DNA of 64,000 bases from Candidatus Hydrogenedens sp. (GCA_049968235.1 JBMFRC010000004.1:160001-224000); one strand, 5' to 3'; positions 10,032 to 19,830 are shown, counted from the first letter of the stretch. Made by a program: numbers and translations. Notes: generated from the letters alone by a model not told the origin.

Positions 10032-13000
10032 TCAGAAACAAAAACCATCCTCACTTTCATCTGGACAGGGATAATATCTCCCCATATTAAATATTTGTAT
10101 TGTGCGAATTAATTCGGAGAGAGAAATGACCCAATCCTGAGGATTGTAATCGCTGGAATGGGGTTGACAGTCGTGGTTATCACCATACCCGGGAAGATAG
10201 CCATCCTCAAGTTTAGAACTATTATCACAGTGATAAGCGCCCATGTTAAAGAACTGGACTATTCTTAATAGTTCTTCCAAATCAATCTTACCGTTTCTGT
10301 TTATATCTGAACTATGGAAATAGATGTATTCGCCTTCGAGAACCCCTTCTGTGTTCCCTTCTCCTTCTATAAGACCTTCTATATTTCCTTCTACAATTCC
10401 CTCGCCTTCACCAGTCCCCTCAAAAATACCTTCTACTATTCCTTCCTGTTGTGTGCATTCTTTATAATTTATAAAATCTGACAACTCAAAATTGGGGGGA
10501 ATTCCTTCACCAGCAGATAATCCTGCAATAAAACTTGAAGAAACGCAGTTAAGCCATGTGATAGAAATTGTTCCATCATAAAACATTTCTAACTGAATAT
10601 TGGCTTCTCCCGTACCATATCTTGGGACACTGGAAAAGGTAACAACAAAAGCATCTGTATCAAACTGATATGAAATAGAACCTCCTTTGCTTGGGTCTAA
10701 ATCATCAAACATAAGGGATATTCTTGGTAAGGAAAAATGAATTTCTAAGGATTCGGAATAGTCATCATTACCTTGTGTAAAGGTAACATAACCATTACTT
10801 CCCACATAACACCGGGAATATTTCACCCCATAAAGATAAACATAAGTTTCTAATGGGAAGTCAATCTGGGTAAAAGCATCATCTCCAATAGTAATAGGTG
10901 TTGAATTCTTTGTAGTTCTTGGGAAATCTTGCGCACTCTGTAAACATACATGATATTTATCTGAGGAATTATCGGGGGTGAATATAATCTGGTGATTAGA
11001 TAAAGGAACAGTATCTACAACATCTGAGGTATAGTAATAAGTAAAATAATCCGGTTGATGTAAAGTAGTAAAGGTATCACAATTTGTTGAATATTCGTTT
11101 CCTGCAATATCTGTTAATACAATCCTGTATGTATATTCAGTATCCGAACTCAAACCTGCAATTAAAAATTTATGATTTGTATTCATAGCAAGAGAATTTT
11201 CATATTGTTCAAAGGGAACCGAACATTGACTCCCATATTCAAAACGGGCAGAACAATTTTCATCAGTTTCTAATTGCACATCTACACTTTTTATATCTGG
11301 AATTATTGATAAAAGTAATAATTGAGGTGGGTAAATATCCGTTGTTGATTCGGCAGTGATTGTGTGAGGAGACCCTGATTCTGTCAATTCATCATAATAT
11401 TCTGCAGTAATTAACCCGTTATGAACAACAGAAAGAAGTCCATCATTATTTCCTGTGGCTAAATCTGTAAGTTGAATATTTCCTTCAAAAAACCCTGAAA
11501 TCTGCGTTTCAGTCAATACTATCTGTTCATTATCTCCGCTATCGGACCTAACCGGGATAAATATTTCTCCCTGTCCGGATAAGTTAGCATCTGCCAGGAC
11601 AAGAGTTGCTATTGAAGAGCCATTATAAATTGGTTTATCCCATTGTATAGTGCCATCTGAACCTGTAATTACAGGTAAATCTGTTTGATAGGGGACAATG
11701 GGGTTCCCCGTTATAGTCAATTTAACAATAGGAATAACTCCTGGAGGAGAAAATGCAACCAGATTACTCCCGAAATTAGAACGGACAGCACCTAATAATG
11801 TATTGGAATTAGAAAGTGATATAACTGCATTTGCCCATTCTATATAAACGGGAAATGGTAAACCATTTGGGTCAATCCCTGAACCATGAGTAATACTCGG
11901 ACTTTGTAGGATACCAGCCCATATTTCGGTAGAAGGGTCTCCTAAAAGGTTATACATTTCAAAATATCGTTGTGTGGTTGATTTGTTACCGTAATAATTG
12001 AAAAATTTTAATTTTCCATTAAGTATCATCCCTGCAGTCCATGTTTTCTTTAATGAAAAGAAACTTTCTATAACAGACTTCTCTAATATATCATCTTCCT
12101 CCCAATATGAAGTTACAGAACTCCCTACAAAACCAACCCCGCCTGCGGATACTCTCTGCCATGTTTCCCCAAAGCATTCAGGTTTGGCGTATTGCCCTGT
12201 ATCACATGCAAAACTAAGGACCCACGGATATACAGTATTGGTAAAGGAATTAATATCACTTTGTGATATAGGGGGACCATCTGCCCAACTCACATCAGAG
12301 CCATGCCCGGAATATACAATCCATCCTCGTCCAGAATTTACTGCAGTAATTACATCTGAAGTTGTTGCTCCATAAGTTACCGTATACAATTTTTGAGAAA
12401 TAAATTCTGCTGGTTCAAAGTAATTTGAGACCACATAATTGTGTGTTGCCTCTGTAATACTATAATTATCTGAACCCGTTAAAAAAGAGGCTTTTATATA
12501 CCATGGCTCCGGGAGTGTCCATTGTGCTTTTTCGTATTTGAGAATCTTGTTTAAGGCATTTTCTAATTGATTTGAGGTTGAGACGCTAATCCTACCTACC
12601 CATAAATCCGGGGTATAATATTCGTCGCCATCTACAATAGAGTAATATAAGTCTGTTATGGGATTATTGGGAGCAGAACCTGCTGGAGCCTGAATATAGT
12701 AAGGGTCGCCTACCAGGACTACAAATGTAGGCGGGACCTCCCAATTCGTATATGCCTGTTTGATATAATCTCGAATAGCAGTAGCATTTGTTCCTATATT
12801 TGCAACATTTTCTACGGTTGTAATAAAACCTCTTTGTGTTTTCCATTGAACCCATTCATTAAGTTTGCTATTCCCTACAAAAGAAGAAGCGACAATAACA
12901 AGCATTCCCACAGGAATATTATAACTTTTGCTCTCTGACTTTTCCATTAATGGAGAGGAATTTAAAATAAAGGGTTCCCATAAATCATCAATGTATTTTG

Positions 13001-13637
13001 AAAAATATTTTTTGTCTCGTGATGAAAAAGTTTTTGGAGTATCCCAACGAATAGTTAATAAGAGGTTTTTTGTTATGTAAATTTTTGAATTTAGGGGTTC
13101 ATAACTTATGGGATAATAGGTTATTTGATAGAGGTTTTTTCCACGAACATTTCCAAAAGGTTCTATTTCTGCAACTTTTTCTCCCTGTTTTTCATTTGAA
13201 TTGTAGACATTATTATTTTTTGTAAGTTTCGGTTTTTGAACTCCCTCTCTTTTTTCCCATGGAGGTTGAACAGGATAGAGAGGATACTGAATTTTTAGTT
13301 CTTCAGGGAGGGTTTGTTCCTCATAGGCCAGAGATACATTGGTTGCATTAGAAGGTAGTTCGATATATCTTCTCCATGCAGGCAATTCTGGATTGCCAAT
13401 AGAACCTGATGTTCCCATGCCCGGAATGATAATTTTTGTAAAAGTATTTTCTTCTATAGTTTCTTTTATGATTTCAGGGTTAGAAGTCAAGTTGATTTGA
13501 ATCTTAATTCCCCCTGTTTCAGGAAAAGTAGTTACGCGAACGACATCTCCTTTTGCTTCAAAAATTACCAATATTATTAGAGGTAATACTATCAAAAGAT
13601 TATTATTAAACCACAAAATACTTTTTTTCCTTTTCAT
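10032..13637 (-). CDS. secreted peptidase C25 (gingipain-like) multi-domain protein with C-terminal dockerin/EF-hand-like pair
   Basis: 1201 aa. N-terminal signal peptide/TM. C25 catalytic His and Cys motifs (WIVYSGHGS ... VLSFACDTGQY). Glu/Gly-rich tandem tract near the C-terminus. Two repeated calcium-loop-plus-helix segments (DINRNGKIDLEELLRIVQFFNMG and DYNPQDWVISLSELIRTIQIFNMG) followed by Cys-containing tails. Confidence 0.7.
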   Translation of the reverse strand: MKRKKSILWFNNNLLIVLPLIILVIFEAKGDVVRVTTFPETGGIKIQINLTSNPEIIKETIEENTFTKIIIPGMGTSGSIGNPELPAWRRYIELPSNATNVSLAYEEQTLPEELKIQYPLYPVQPPWEKREGVQKPKLTKNNNVYNSNEKQGEKVAEIEPFGNVRGKNLYQITYYPISYEPLNSKIYITKNLLLTIRWDTPKTFSSRDKKYFSKYIDDLWEPFILNSSPLMEKSESKSYNIPVGMLVIVASSFVGNSKLNEWVQWKTQRGFITTVENVANIGTNATAIRDYIKQAYTNWEVPPTFVVLVGDPYYIQAPAGSAPNNPITDLYYSIVDGDEYYTPDLWVGRISVSTSNQLENALNKILKYEKAQWTLPEPWYIKASFLTGSDNYSITEATHNYVVSNYFEPAEFISQKLYTVTYGATTSDVITAVNSGRGWIVYSGHGSDVSWADGPPISQSDINSFTNTVYPWVLSFACDTGQYAKPECFGETWQRVSAGGVGFVGSSVTSYWEEDDILEKSVIESFFSLKKTWTAGMILNGKLKFFNYYGNKSTTQRYFEMYNLLGDPSTEIWAGILQSPSITHGSGIDPNGLPFPVYIEWANAVISLSNSNTLLGAVRSNFGSNLVAFSPPGVIPIVKLTITGNPIVPYQTDLPVITGSDGTIQWDKPIYNGSSIATLVLADANLSGQGEIFIPVRSDSGDNEQIVLTETQISGFFEGNIQLTDLATGNNDGLLSVVHNGLITAEYYDELTESGSPHTITAESTTDIYPPQLLLLSIIPDIKSVDVQLETDENCSARFEYGSQCSVPFEQYENSLAMNTNHKFLIAGLSSDTEYTYRIVLTDIAGNEYSTNCDTFTTLHQPDYFTYYYTSDVVDTVPLSNHQIIFTPDNSSDKYHVCLQSAQDFPRTTKNSTPITIGDDAFTQIDFPLETYVYLYGVKYSRCYVGSNGYVTFTQGNDDYSESLEIHFSLPRISLMFDDLDPSKGGSISYQFDTDAFVVTFSSVPRYGTGEANIQLEMFYDGTISITWLNCVSSSFIAGLSAGEGIPPNFELSDFINYKECTQQEGIVEGIFEGTGEGEGIVEGNIEGLIEGEGNTEGVLEGEYIYFHSSDINRNGKIDLEELLRIVQFFNMGAYHCDNSSKLEDGYLPGYGDNHDCQPHSSDYNPQDWVISLSELIRTIQIFNMGRYYPCPDESEDGFCF
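10329..10448 (-). repeat. in-frame degenerate tandem repeat encoding a Gly-Glu-rich [V/I/T/N/L][V/E]EG[I/N/L/T/E] tract (inside the C25 peptidase CDS)
   Basis: The plus strand shows reiterated ccttc / ccctc units. The protein reads GEGIVEGIFEGTGEGEGIVEGNIEGLIEGEGNTEGVLEGE. Confidence 0.6.
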
Positions 13638-13714
13638 AACTTCCAGCCAAAGATGTTTATAATCTAATGTATAACTGTAAAATTATACCATATATTCGGA
13701 ATATTTATTCCCGT

Positions 13715-13750
13715 AAAAAGAATTACTGCGGTCTTTTTAGACCGCAGTAA
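13715..13750 (-). terminator. rho-independent terminator downstream of hup (minus strand)
   Basis: Perfect 9-bp stem actgcggtc (13725-13733) / gaccgcagt (13740-13748) with a 6-nt loop. On the minus strand it is followed by AAUUCUUUU. Located 30 nt past the hup stop. Confidence 0.5.
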
Positions 13751-13778
13751 AAATAAGTTATTTAGACTACAATACCAC

Positions 13779-14093
13779 TTACTTCTTTGCACCCAGAACT
13801 GCATCTTTTGCCGCTTTTGCAATCCGGAATTTCAAAACTTTCTTTGCGGGGACTTTCATTTTTTCTTTTGTCTGAGGATTGATTTGAATGCGGGCTTTGC
13901 GGTCAACGACCACCAGTTTGCCTAAGCCAGGAATGACAAAACTAGCCGGTGCCTGTGCATAAGCCAATTCCACTAAACTTTGAAGAACTTCATTAATGTT
14001 CTTCTTGGTTAGCCCTGTTGCCTCAGCGAGTGTGCTGATGATTTGTGCTTTGGTCATTGGCTTATCTTCTTTTTTTGCTTTTTTAAACGCCAT
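13779..14093 (-). CDS. hup: HU/IHF-family DNA-binding protein with Lys-rich N- and C-terminal tails
   Basis: 104 aa. HU core (ATGLTKKNINEVLQSLVELAY...FVIPGLGKLVVVDRKARIQINPQTKEKMKVPAKKVLKFR). Extra KK-rich termini. Confidence 0.8.
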   Translation of the reverse strand: MAFKKAKKEDKPMTKAQIISTLAEATGLTKKNINEVLQSLVELAYAQAPASFVIPGLGKLVVVDRKARIQINPQTKEKMKVPAKKVLKFRIAKAAKDAVLGAKK

Positions 14094-14135
14094 AATTGTT
14101 CCTCCAGTGGGTTACTCCCCATTGTTTTTATCTGG

Positions 14136-14170
14136 TTCACAAAACACTACAACGGGTAGTGTTTTGTGAA
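14136..14170. promoter_or_regulatory. perfect 15-bp inverted repeat (ttcacaaaacactac-N5-gtagtgttttgtgaa) in the hup / comB-like divergent intergenic region
   Basis: Exact palindrome arms at 14136-14150 and 14156-14170. It lies about 45-80 nt upstream of the hup start codon (minus strand) and about 145 nt upstream of the plus-strand gene at 14316. This is a candidate operator or 5'-UTR hairpin. Confidence 0.35.
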
Positions 14171-14315
14171 TACCATATTTTCGTTGATATATTAAAATAT
14201 ACAATTTAAACTCAAAAATCAAATTGAAAAGCAATTTATTTCTAATTTTTTTAATGTATAACCTAATAAAATGAGGGATATGACAATATTGAAGAATAAA
14301 TTTTAAGGAATTGCT

Positions 14316-15050
14316 GTGATTATTCGTTTAATACAAGGGAAAAAAGGTTGTGCTTTTGGGAAAGAACATAATTTAGGTATTGTGGTTGTTGATGCATTAA
14401 GAGCAAGTGCAACTGCAATAATGTTACTTCATCATGGCGCTAAAAGAATTTTAGTAACTGATGAAGTAGAAAATGCTCTTTACTTAAAGAAAAAATATCC
14501 ATCCGCTATGTTATTTGGTGAACGACAAGGTTTACCGCCTGCCGGCTTTGATTATGGAAATAGTCCAAGAGAAACAATACATGCACGAGATAAAGAGGTT
14601 ATCTTCACAACAACTACAGGAGCCCGCCTTCTCATTGAAGGATACAGTGAACAAATCCCATTCATAATAATGGCAACAACTATTAATGCAAAAGCGGTAA
14701 GTAATTTTCTAAAAAAGCAGAATAAAGATTTTGTCATTGTTCCCGTAGGCTTGTTCGATGATATAAACTTTTCTGCTCAGGAGGATTGGGTTGCGGGTAG
14801 TTATATTATTAGTTTATTAGATGCAGATATAAGACATGGGAAAGACGATTATGAATATTGGAAGATGAGAATTGATTCGGAAGGAATAGAAAGATTATTT
14901 AGTACTGCGCCGCACTCCGAAAAACTTCGCAAGGTGGGGCTTCAAGAAGATATTATCTGGTGTGCACAAACCAATATCTCGAATTGTATTCCTATAGTAG
15001 TAAAGAAGGAGAATGAATATGTTATTCTCGAAAATATTGGGGCGTATTGA
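14316..15050 (+). CDS. 2-phosphosulfolactate phosphatase (ComB) family protein
   Basis: 244 aa. ComB-family motifs VVVVDALRASATAI and GERQG...GFDYGNSPRE. Confidence 0.55.
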   Translation: MIIRLIQGKKGCAFGKEHNLGIVVVDALRASATAIMLLHHGAKRILVTDEVENALYLKKKYPSAMLFGERQGLPPAGFDYGNSPRETIHARDKEVIFTTTTGARLLIEGYSEQIPFIIMATTINAKAVSNFLKKQNKDFVIVPVGLFDDINFSAQEDWVAGSYIISLLDADIRHGKDDYEYWKMRIDSEGIERLFSTAPHSEKLRKVGLQEDIIWCAQTNISNCIPIVVKKENEYVILENIGAY

Positions 15051-15053
15051 TAA

Positions 15054-15521
15054 CTATTCCGGAATATAACCTTCAGGGGATTTTGTAAGAATAGCCCACG
15101 CCGATTTGTCCACCCATTCATATAATTTTTCTACACCTAAACCGAGTGAATACCACGCTGGTATATACATTAATGTAATCTGTCCGTGCAAATTCCATCG
15201 CATATGGGAATAATCCCAGATTCTTAACCCTAAAACTTTATGAAATATTATTCCGGATACATATTCAACAATAAAGATACCTATCATATAAACGATGGCT
15301 CGGAAAGGTAATGGGATTTTTTTTGCTTTTAATGGATTTCGGAGCCATGGAGTAATAATCCCTAACAAGCCATAATCTATCATCATCCATGGCGAAGAAT
15401 GCCCATTCATACTTATATTTCCGTGCGATATTAACCCTCCTATCCCTGTGAATAAAACTTCCATCGTTAATCCTAATATAGAAAAGATTATGAAACGGAT
15501 TAAGGCTCTTTGAAACTTCAT
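15054..15521 (-). CDS. small polytopic membrane protein (DUF1113 / 'ABC-transporter type IV'-like), function unknown
   Basis: 155 aa. Four predicted hydrophobic helices. Convergent with the ComB-like gene. No catalytic motif recognised. Confidence 0.4.
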   Translation of the reverse strand: MKFQRALIRFIIFSILGLTMEVLFTGIGGLISHGNISMNGHSSPWMMIDYGLLGIITPWLRNPLKAKKIPLPFRAIVYMIGIFIVEYVSGIIFHKVLGLRIWDYSHMRWNLHGQITLMYIPAWYSLGLGVEKLYEWVDKSAWAILTKSPEGYIPE

Positions 15522-15557
15522 AGAGATTCCTTTCTTTATTTGTTGTTAGTACGTTCA

Positions 15558-16463
15558 TCATGCGCGAGGATGTGCATTTTTATGGGCTTGTGTAATTCGT
15601 TCTACACTTACATGGGTATAAATTTGAGTAGTAGAGATGTTGGAATGTCCAAGAAGTTCCTGAACAACTCGTAAATCAGCCCCTCTATTTAATAAATGTG
15701 TTGCGAAGGTATGTCGTAAGGTATGAGGGGTAACTTTATCCGATAATCCTGCTAATGATGCATAATGTTTTATAATCCGCCATAGAGTTACTCTGCTCAT
15801 AGGTTTGCCTGTTTGGGATAGAAATACCGATGGGGATTTTACTTTGCCTGTTTCTCTTACTCTGAGCCAGTTCTGTATTCTTTCTATGGCTATGTTTCCT
15901 ATGGGGACAATGCGAATCTTATCTCCTTTACCCCGAACTCTCAACATTCCTTCATTTAGAGATAAATCATGTATCGTAATGTGACTTAGTTCACTAACTC
16001 TTAAACCACAAGAATAGAAAAGTTCCAATATTGCAATGTCTCTTTCTTTATTTCGGGGCGAAGTTTCTGCGACTTTGAATATTTGTTCTATTTCGCCTTC
16101 TGTCAAAAAATGAGGTAACTTTTTGGATAAACGGGGTGTATCCAATCCATCAATAGGATTTTTATCGATTATTTGTTCATTATGGAGAAACTTATAAAAC
16201 CCACGTAATGTGCTGAGATGTTGTGCTAAAGAACGAGCCGATATTCCCCGTTTTTGAAGAGTTAAAAGATATTCTAAAATCAAGTGCGAATTGATTTTTA
16301 TGAGTTCATCGATATTTTTTTCACTGATAAAAAGGCTGAATGAATTCAAGTTTCGTCTGTATGTTAAAAGCGTATTCTCTGATAATCCCCATTCAAATAC
16401 AGCTAGTTCAAGGAAATAATCAATAAGTGGTTTAAACTTTGAGGTTATATCATTCTGGTTCAT
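15558..16463 (-). CDS. xerD: tyrosine site-specific recombinase XerC/XerD
   Basis: 301 aa. C-terminal catalytic box LRHTFATHLLNRGADLRVVQELLGHSNISTTQIYTHV (R..H..R..Y). N-terminal SAM-like core-binding domain. Confidence 0.85.
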   Translation of the reverse strand: MNQNDITSKFKPLIDYFLELAVFEWGLSENTLLTYRRNLNSFSLFISEKNIDELIKINSHLILEYLLTLQKRGISARSLAQHLSTLRGFYKFLHNEQIIDKNPIDGLDTPRLSKKLPHFLTEGEIEQIFKVAETSPRNKERDIAILELFYSCGLRVSELSHITIHDLSLNEGMLRVRGKGDKIRIVPIGNIAIERIQNWLRVRETGKVKSPSVFLSQTGKPMSRVTLWRIIKHYASLAGLSDKVTPHTLRHTFATHLLNRGADLRVVQELLGHSNISTTQIYTHVSVERITQAHKNAHPRA

Positions 16464-17058
16464 CCAGAGTAAATTCTCCGGGCTCTTTTATAGGGGTTTG
16501 TTTTGTTTTATTGTCTTCACTTACTTTTTTAAGTTTCTCTTCTTCTTCCAATTTCCGGACAACTTTTAACAAGAGTTTGTTTGCACTGGGATGTTCTAAT
16601 TCTACTGCTTTTTCCAACATCCATCGGCTACGGTTCAAATCGCCTAATTTGTAATAGCAAAATCCTAAACCATAATAGGCATCGCGATGTTCTGGATTCT
16701 CTTCGCATATCCATCGGTATAAGGCAACTGCCTCGACAATTTTACCACGATTCACCAGAGTAGCTGCTTCTCTGGAACGAATTTTAATATCTGATGAAAA
16801 TGTCAGATTACTTCTACCTGTAGTTTCAAAACCATCATCGGGCAATGGAAGTTTTACTACAGTTTTTGGAATTTCTTCTTTAGGAGCGGGAGAATCTTTG
16901 CTTGATAAATATTCTCCTTCGGGCTTTTCCAGTCGTACGGAAAGAATTTTACCACAACGTGGACAGGTTCCTTTCATTTCATTTTGTTCGATTTTGGGCA
17001 ATATTTTAGCCCCACATTCGCATTCTAAAATTTTGGTGATTGTTTCATTTCTGTCCAT
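16450..17058 (-). CDS. zinc-ribbon + TPR domain protein, function unknown
   Basis: 202 aa. N-terminal CxC...CxxC (ECECGAK...CPRCGK). C-terminal TPR-like helices (ALYRWICEENPEHRDAYYGLGFCYYKLGDLNRSRWMLEKAVEL). Overlaps the xerD start by 14 nt, so it is probably co-transcribed. Confidence 0.45.
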   Translation of the reverse strand: MDRNETITKILECECGAKILPKIEQNEMKGTCPRCGKILSVRLEKPEGEYLSSKDSPAPKEEIPKTVVKLPLPDDGFETTGRSNLTFSSDIKIRSREAATLVNRGKIVEAVALYRWICEENPEHRDAYYGLGFCYYKLGDLNRSRWMLEKAVELEHPSANKLLLKVVRKLEEEEKLKKVSEDNKTKQTPIKEPGEFTLDEPE

Positions 17059-17105
17059 CTAAATACTCCTACAAAACTTATGTTACATCCATGAAATCTT
17101 TGCCT

Positions 17106-18161
17106 TCATTGATTGCATAATCCATATTTTGTGTTTTTTTTCCCCTCTTCTGTCTCTGAGATTTCTTTACATGAAAACTTTCTTATGCTCTCTGCGATAT
17201 GACCCAATAAATCGGATTCTATAGCCTTTATTGCACCACGAATACCGTTAGCAATTCCCAATGCTGTAGATGCGCCATGTAAAACAATCACAATTCCCTG
17301 TACACCTAATAAGGGCGCACCCGGATATTCATTAGGATTTACAGTTTTCTTTAATTCTTGAAGGGCACTTCTTGCTAATACAGCCCCTAAACGATTCATC
17401 GAGGTTTTTAAAAGTTGTTCTTTCATAAAATTACCTACGAATTTAGCAACGGATTCAGCAGTTTTTAAAATAATATTTCCTACAAATCCATCGCAGACAA
17501 CAACATCTGCTTCTCCGCCAAAAACGCCATTCGGCTCAATATTTCCTACAAATGTAATACCTTCTACTTTACTTAGAATCTGGAAAGTTTGTTTTAAAAC
17601 ATTACTCCCTTTTACCATTTCTTCACCGATATTAATCAGTCCAAGTCGAGGATTTTCAACACCTAATGCATAATGGGAATAGGCAATACCCATCAAGGCA
17701 AAATCACAAAGATGACGAACCTGACAGTCCACATTAGCACCTAAATCTAACAGAACAACTTTTCCGCCAATTGTCGGTAGTGCCTGGGCTAAGGCTGGTC
17801 GTGATATACCTTGCATAATCCCAAGGATAATTCGTGAACCTACCATAACAGCACCTGTATTCCCTGCACTTACAACCGCATCTACCTCCCCTGCTTTTAA
17901 TTTCCGTAAAGCGACAAGAAGGCTACTTTCTTTCTTCTGGCGAAGGGCGATTACGGGCTGATCTTGCATAGAAATATATTCCGGGGTGTGGACTATCTCT
18001 ATATTCCCTTTTTTAGGATACTTTTCTAATTCTTTCTTTAATATTTCTTCATTACCGACAAGAATAATATCGCAATTTTGGTCTAAACTTGCTTCCACAG
18101 CCCCTTGCACCTCTATGGCAGGAGCACCATCTGAACCCATCGCATCTAAAGCGATGCGCAT
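17106..18161 (-). CDS. plsX: phosphate acyltransferase PlsX
   Basis: 351 aa. MRIALDAMGSDGAP N-terminus, typical PlsX. Downstream of rpmF as in most bacteria. Confidence 0.9.
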   Translation of the reverse strand: MRIALDAMGSDGAPAIEVQGAVEASLDQNCDIILVGNEEILKKELEKYPKKGNIEIVHTPEYISMQDQPVIALRQKKESSLLVALRKLKAGEVDAVVSAGNTGAVMVGSRIILGIMQGISRPALAQALPTIGGKVVLLDLGANVDCQVRHLCDFALMGIAYSHYALGVENPRLGLINIGEEMVKGSNVLKQTFQILSKVEGITFVGNIEPNGVFGGEADVVVCDGFVGNIILKTAESVAKFVGNFMKEQLLKTSMNRLGAVLARSALQELKKTVNPNEYPGAPLLGVQGIVIVLHGASTALGIANGIRGAIKAIESDLLGHIAESIRKFSCKEISETEEGKKNTKYGLCNQ

Positions 18162-18191
18162 GTTTTTTCTCCATGTTAAAGTTTGGAATTT

Positions 18192-18374
18192 CTATTCTTC
18201 TTCAAGATTTAATATCATACGATTTTTGTAATACCCGCATTTGGGGCAAACACGGTGCGGAAGGATTTTCTCACTGCAATGGGGACATTCAACCAAATTT
18301 GATTTTGTTAATGCATGATGAGACCTTCTCATATTTTTCTTTGCTTTACCGGTTCTTCGTTTTGGTACAGGCAC
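18192..18374 (-). CDS. rpmF: 50S ribosomal protein L32
   Basis: 60 aa. MPVPKRRTGKAKKNMRRSHHAL... with the C4 zinc ribbon CPHC...CPKCG. Confidence 0.9.
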   Translation of the reverse strand: MPVPKRRTGKAKKNMRRSHHALTKSNLVECPHCSEKILPHRVCPKCGYYKNRMILNLEEE

Positions 18375-18377
18375 TTT

Positions 18378-18986
18378 TTACTCCTCCTTTAAGTTAAGTT
18401 TAATTCCTTGAAGTAATTCAGATAATTTTGTGTTTGAAAGTTGTGTTTGTTCATCTTCGCTATTGATATTACATGAGCATGTTTCATGATTTAGATTTGT
18501 GCCACATATAGGACATAAACCTGCACATCTTTCACTACATAAAAATTTATAGGGCATATCCAATACCAATTCTTCCCAGATATAAGGAGTTAAATCAATT
18601 TCATCTCCTTGAAATACTCTTTTTTCTGCCAATTCATCAAATTCTTCTTTACCTTTCCTGTGTTTATTTTCAACATTACGGTTACTTTCTTCTATAGGAT
18701 TTAAATATATATTCATTTGTCCTCGTTCAAATAGCCATGTCATTTCTTTTTCCAGTTTATACTGCATATTGTCAAGGCAACGGTCACAGGTATGATTATA
18801 ATATCCTGATATTTTCCCTTGAAATAAAAAGTTTTTCCCTGTTTTCTTTATTATCCCGCATAAATGTATTGTTTCTATTGGAAGTGGGTCTATATCAATG
18901 GGCTGTAATTCAGCAACATTAATGATTTCATTAATCAGATAACCCTTATCTGATATATCCATTATTCTTATTTTTAGTATATCCAA
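18378..18986 (-). CDS. yceD: DUF177 / YceD-family protein (23S rRNA accumulation protein)
   Basis: 202 aa. Cys-rich C-terminus (CSERCAGLCPICGTNLNHETCSC). Conserved position immediately upstream of rpmF-plsX. Confidence 0.75.
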   Translation of the reverse strand: MDILKIRIMDISDKGYLINEIINVAELQPIDIDPLPIETIHLCGIIKKTGKNFLFQGKISGYYNHTCDRCLDNMQYKLEKEMTWLFERGQMNIYLNPIEESNRNVENKHRKGKEEFDELAEKRVFQGDEIDLTPYIWEELVLDMPYKFLCSERCAGLCPICGTNLNHETCSCNINSEDEQTQLSNTKLSELLQGIKLNLKEE

Positions 18987-19203
18987 TGATGTAATCCTTA
19001 ATCAGATAGGGCTTGTTTTGAAAATTGTAACACACTTCAAAAAAAGATTCAAACAAGGAAAATTTTTATTTCCTAAGGGATAAGATATTATATTATACAT
19101 TAAATAACCATAATTTTCCAAAATAAATTTTTTTAATGAGAAATATTCATAAAATAGAAACTGTTTTGTTACAATAAAGGAATAAACGATAGGAGAAACA
19201 AAA

Positions 19204-19815
19204 ATGGCTAAAACCGATGCAATCCAAAAATCAATAATCATCGTTTCAACATGCATGTTCATCTGTGTGGTGTTTGGGCTTTCACATCAAGCAAAAGCCT
19301 TGAATATTGGCGACCCTATGCCTGATTTCAATCTTAAAGATTATGATGGTAAAGAATATTCATTGGCTCAATTCAAGGGTAAAATTGTTGTTCTTGAGTT
19401 TTGTTCTCAAGAATGTCCTTATTCTCGAGGAGCCGACCCGGATATAGCGGAATTACATGCAAAATATAGTACGAGAGGTGTTGTTTTTCTCGGTATAGAT
19501 TCTCACTTTAAAACACAACCTGAAGATATAAAAAAATATGCACTTGAAACAAAAAAACCATACCCTATATTGAAAGATATAGAAAACAAATACGCTGATA
19601 AGGTAGATGCTAAAGTAACACCGGAAATTTTTATTGTGGATAAGGATGGTAAGGTAGTTTATCATGGGGCATTTGATGACCGTAAAGGACCGGATGGACA
19701 ACCAACGGAAAAATATACGGAGAATGCTCTTGAAGCCTTATTAGCAGGTAAACCTATAGAAAAAGCAGAAACAAAGGCGTGGGGTTGTACTATTAAAAGA
19801 GTTCCTAAAAATTGA
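19204..19815 (+). CDS. redoxin/AhpC-TSA family thiol-disulfide oxidoreductase with signal peptide
   Basis: 203 aa. N-terminal hydrophobic signal. Thioredoxin-fold active site region VVLEFCSQECPYS. Confidence 0.7.
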   Translation: MAKTDAIQKSIIIVSTCMFICVVFGLSHQAKALNIGDPMPDFNLKDYDGKEYSLAQFKGKIVVLEFCSQECPYSRGADPDIAELHAKYSTRGVVFLGIDSHFKTQPEDIKKYALETKKPYPILKDIENKYADKVDAKVTPEIFIVDKDGKVVYHGAFDDRKGPDGQPTEKYTENALEALLAGKPIEKAETKAWGCTIKRVPKN

Positions 19816-19830
19816 TATCGTTCTGAATAA

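Noticed and set aside
10329-10448. Short reiterated ccttc units that superficially resemble a repeat array
   Set aside because: The tract is in-frame coding sequence for a Gly/Glu-rich linker of the C25 peptidase. It has no spacer/repeat periodicity of CRISPR type and there are no cas genes in the window.
19002-19262. 86-aa minus-strand ORF upstream of the redoxin gene
   Set aside because: It overlaps the 5' end and the AT-rich promoter region of the plus-strand redoxin gene, and its composition is driven by poly-A/T DNA. It is unlikely to be coding.
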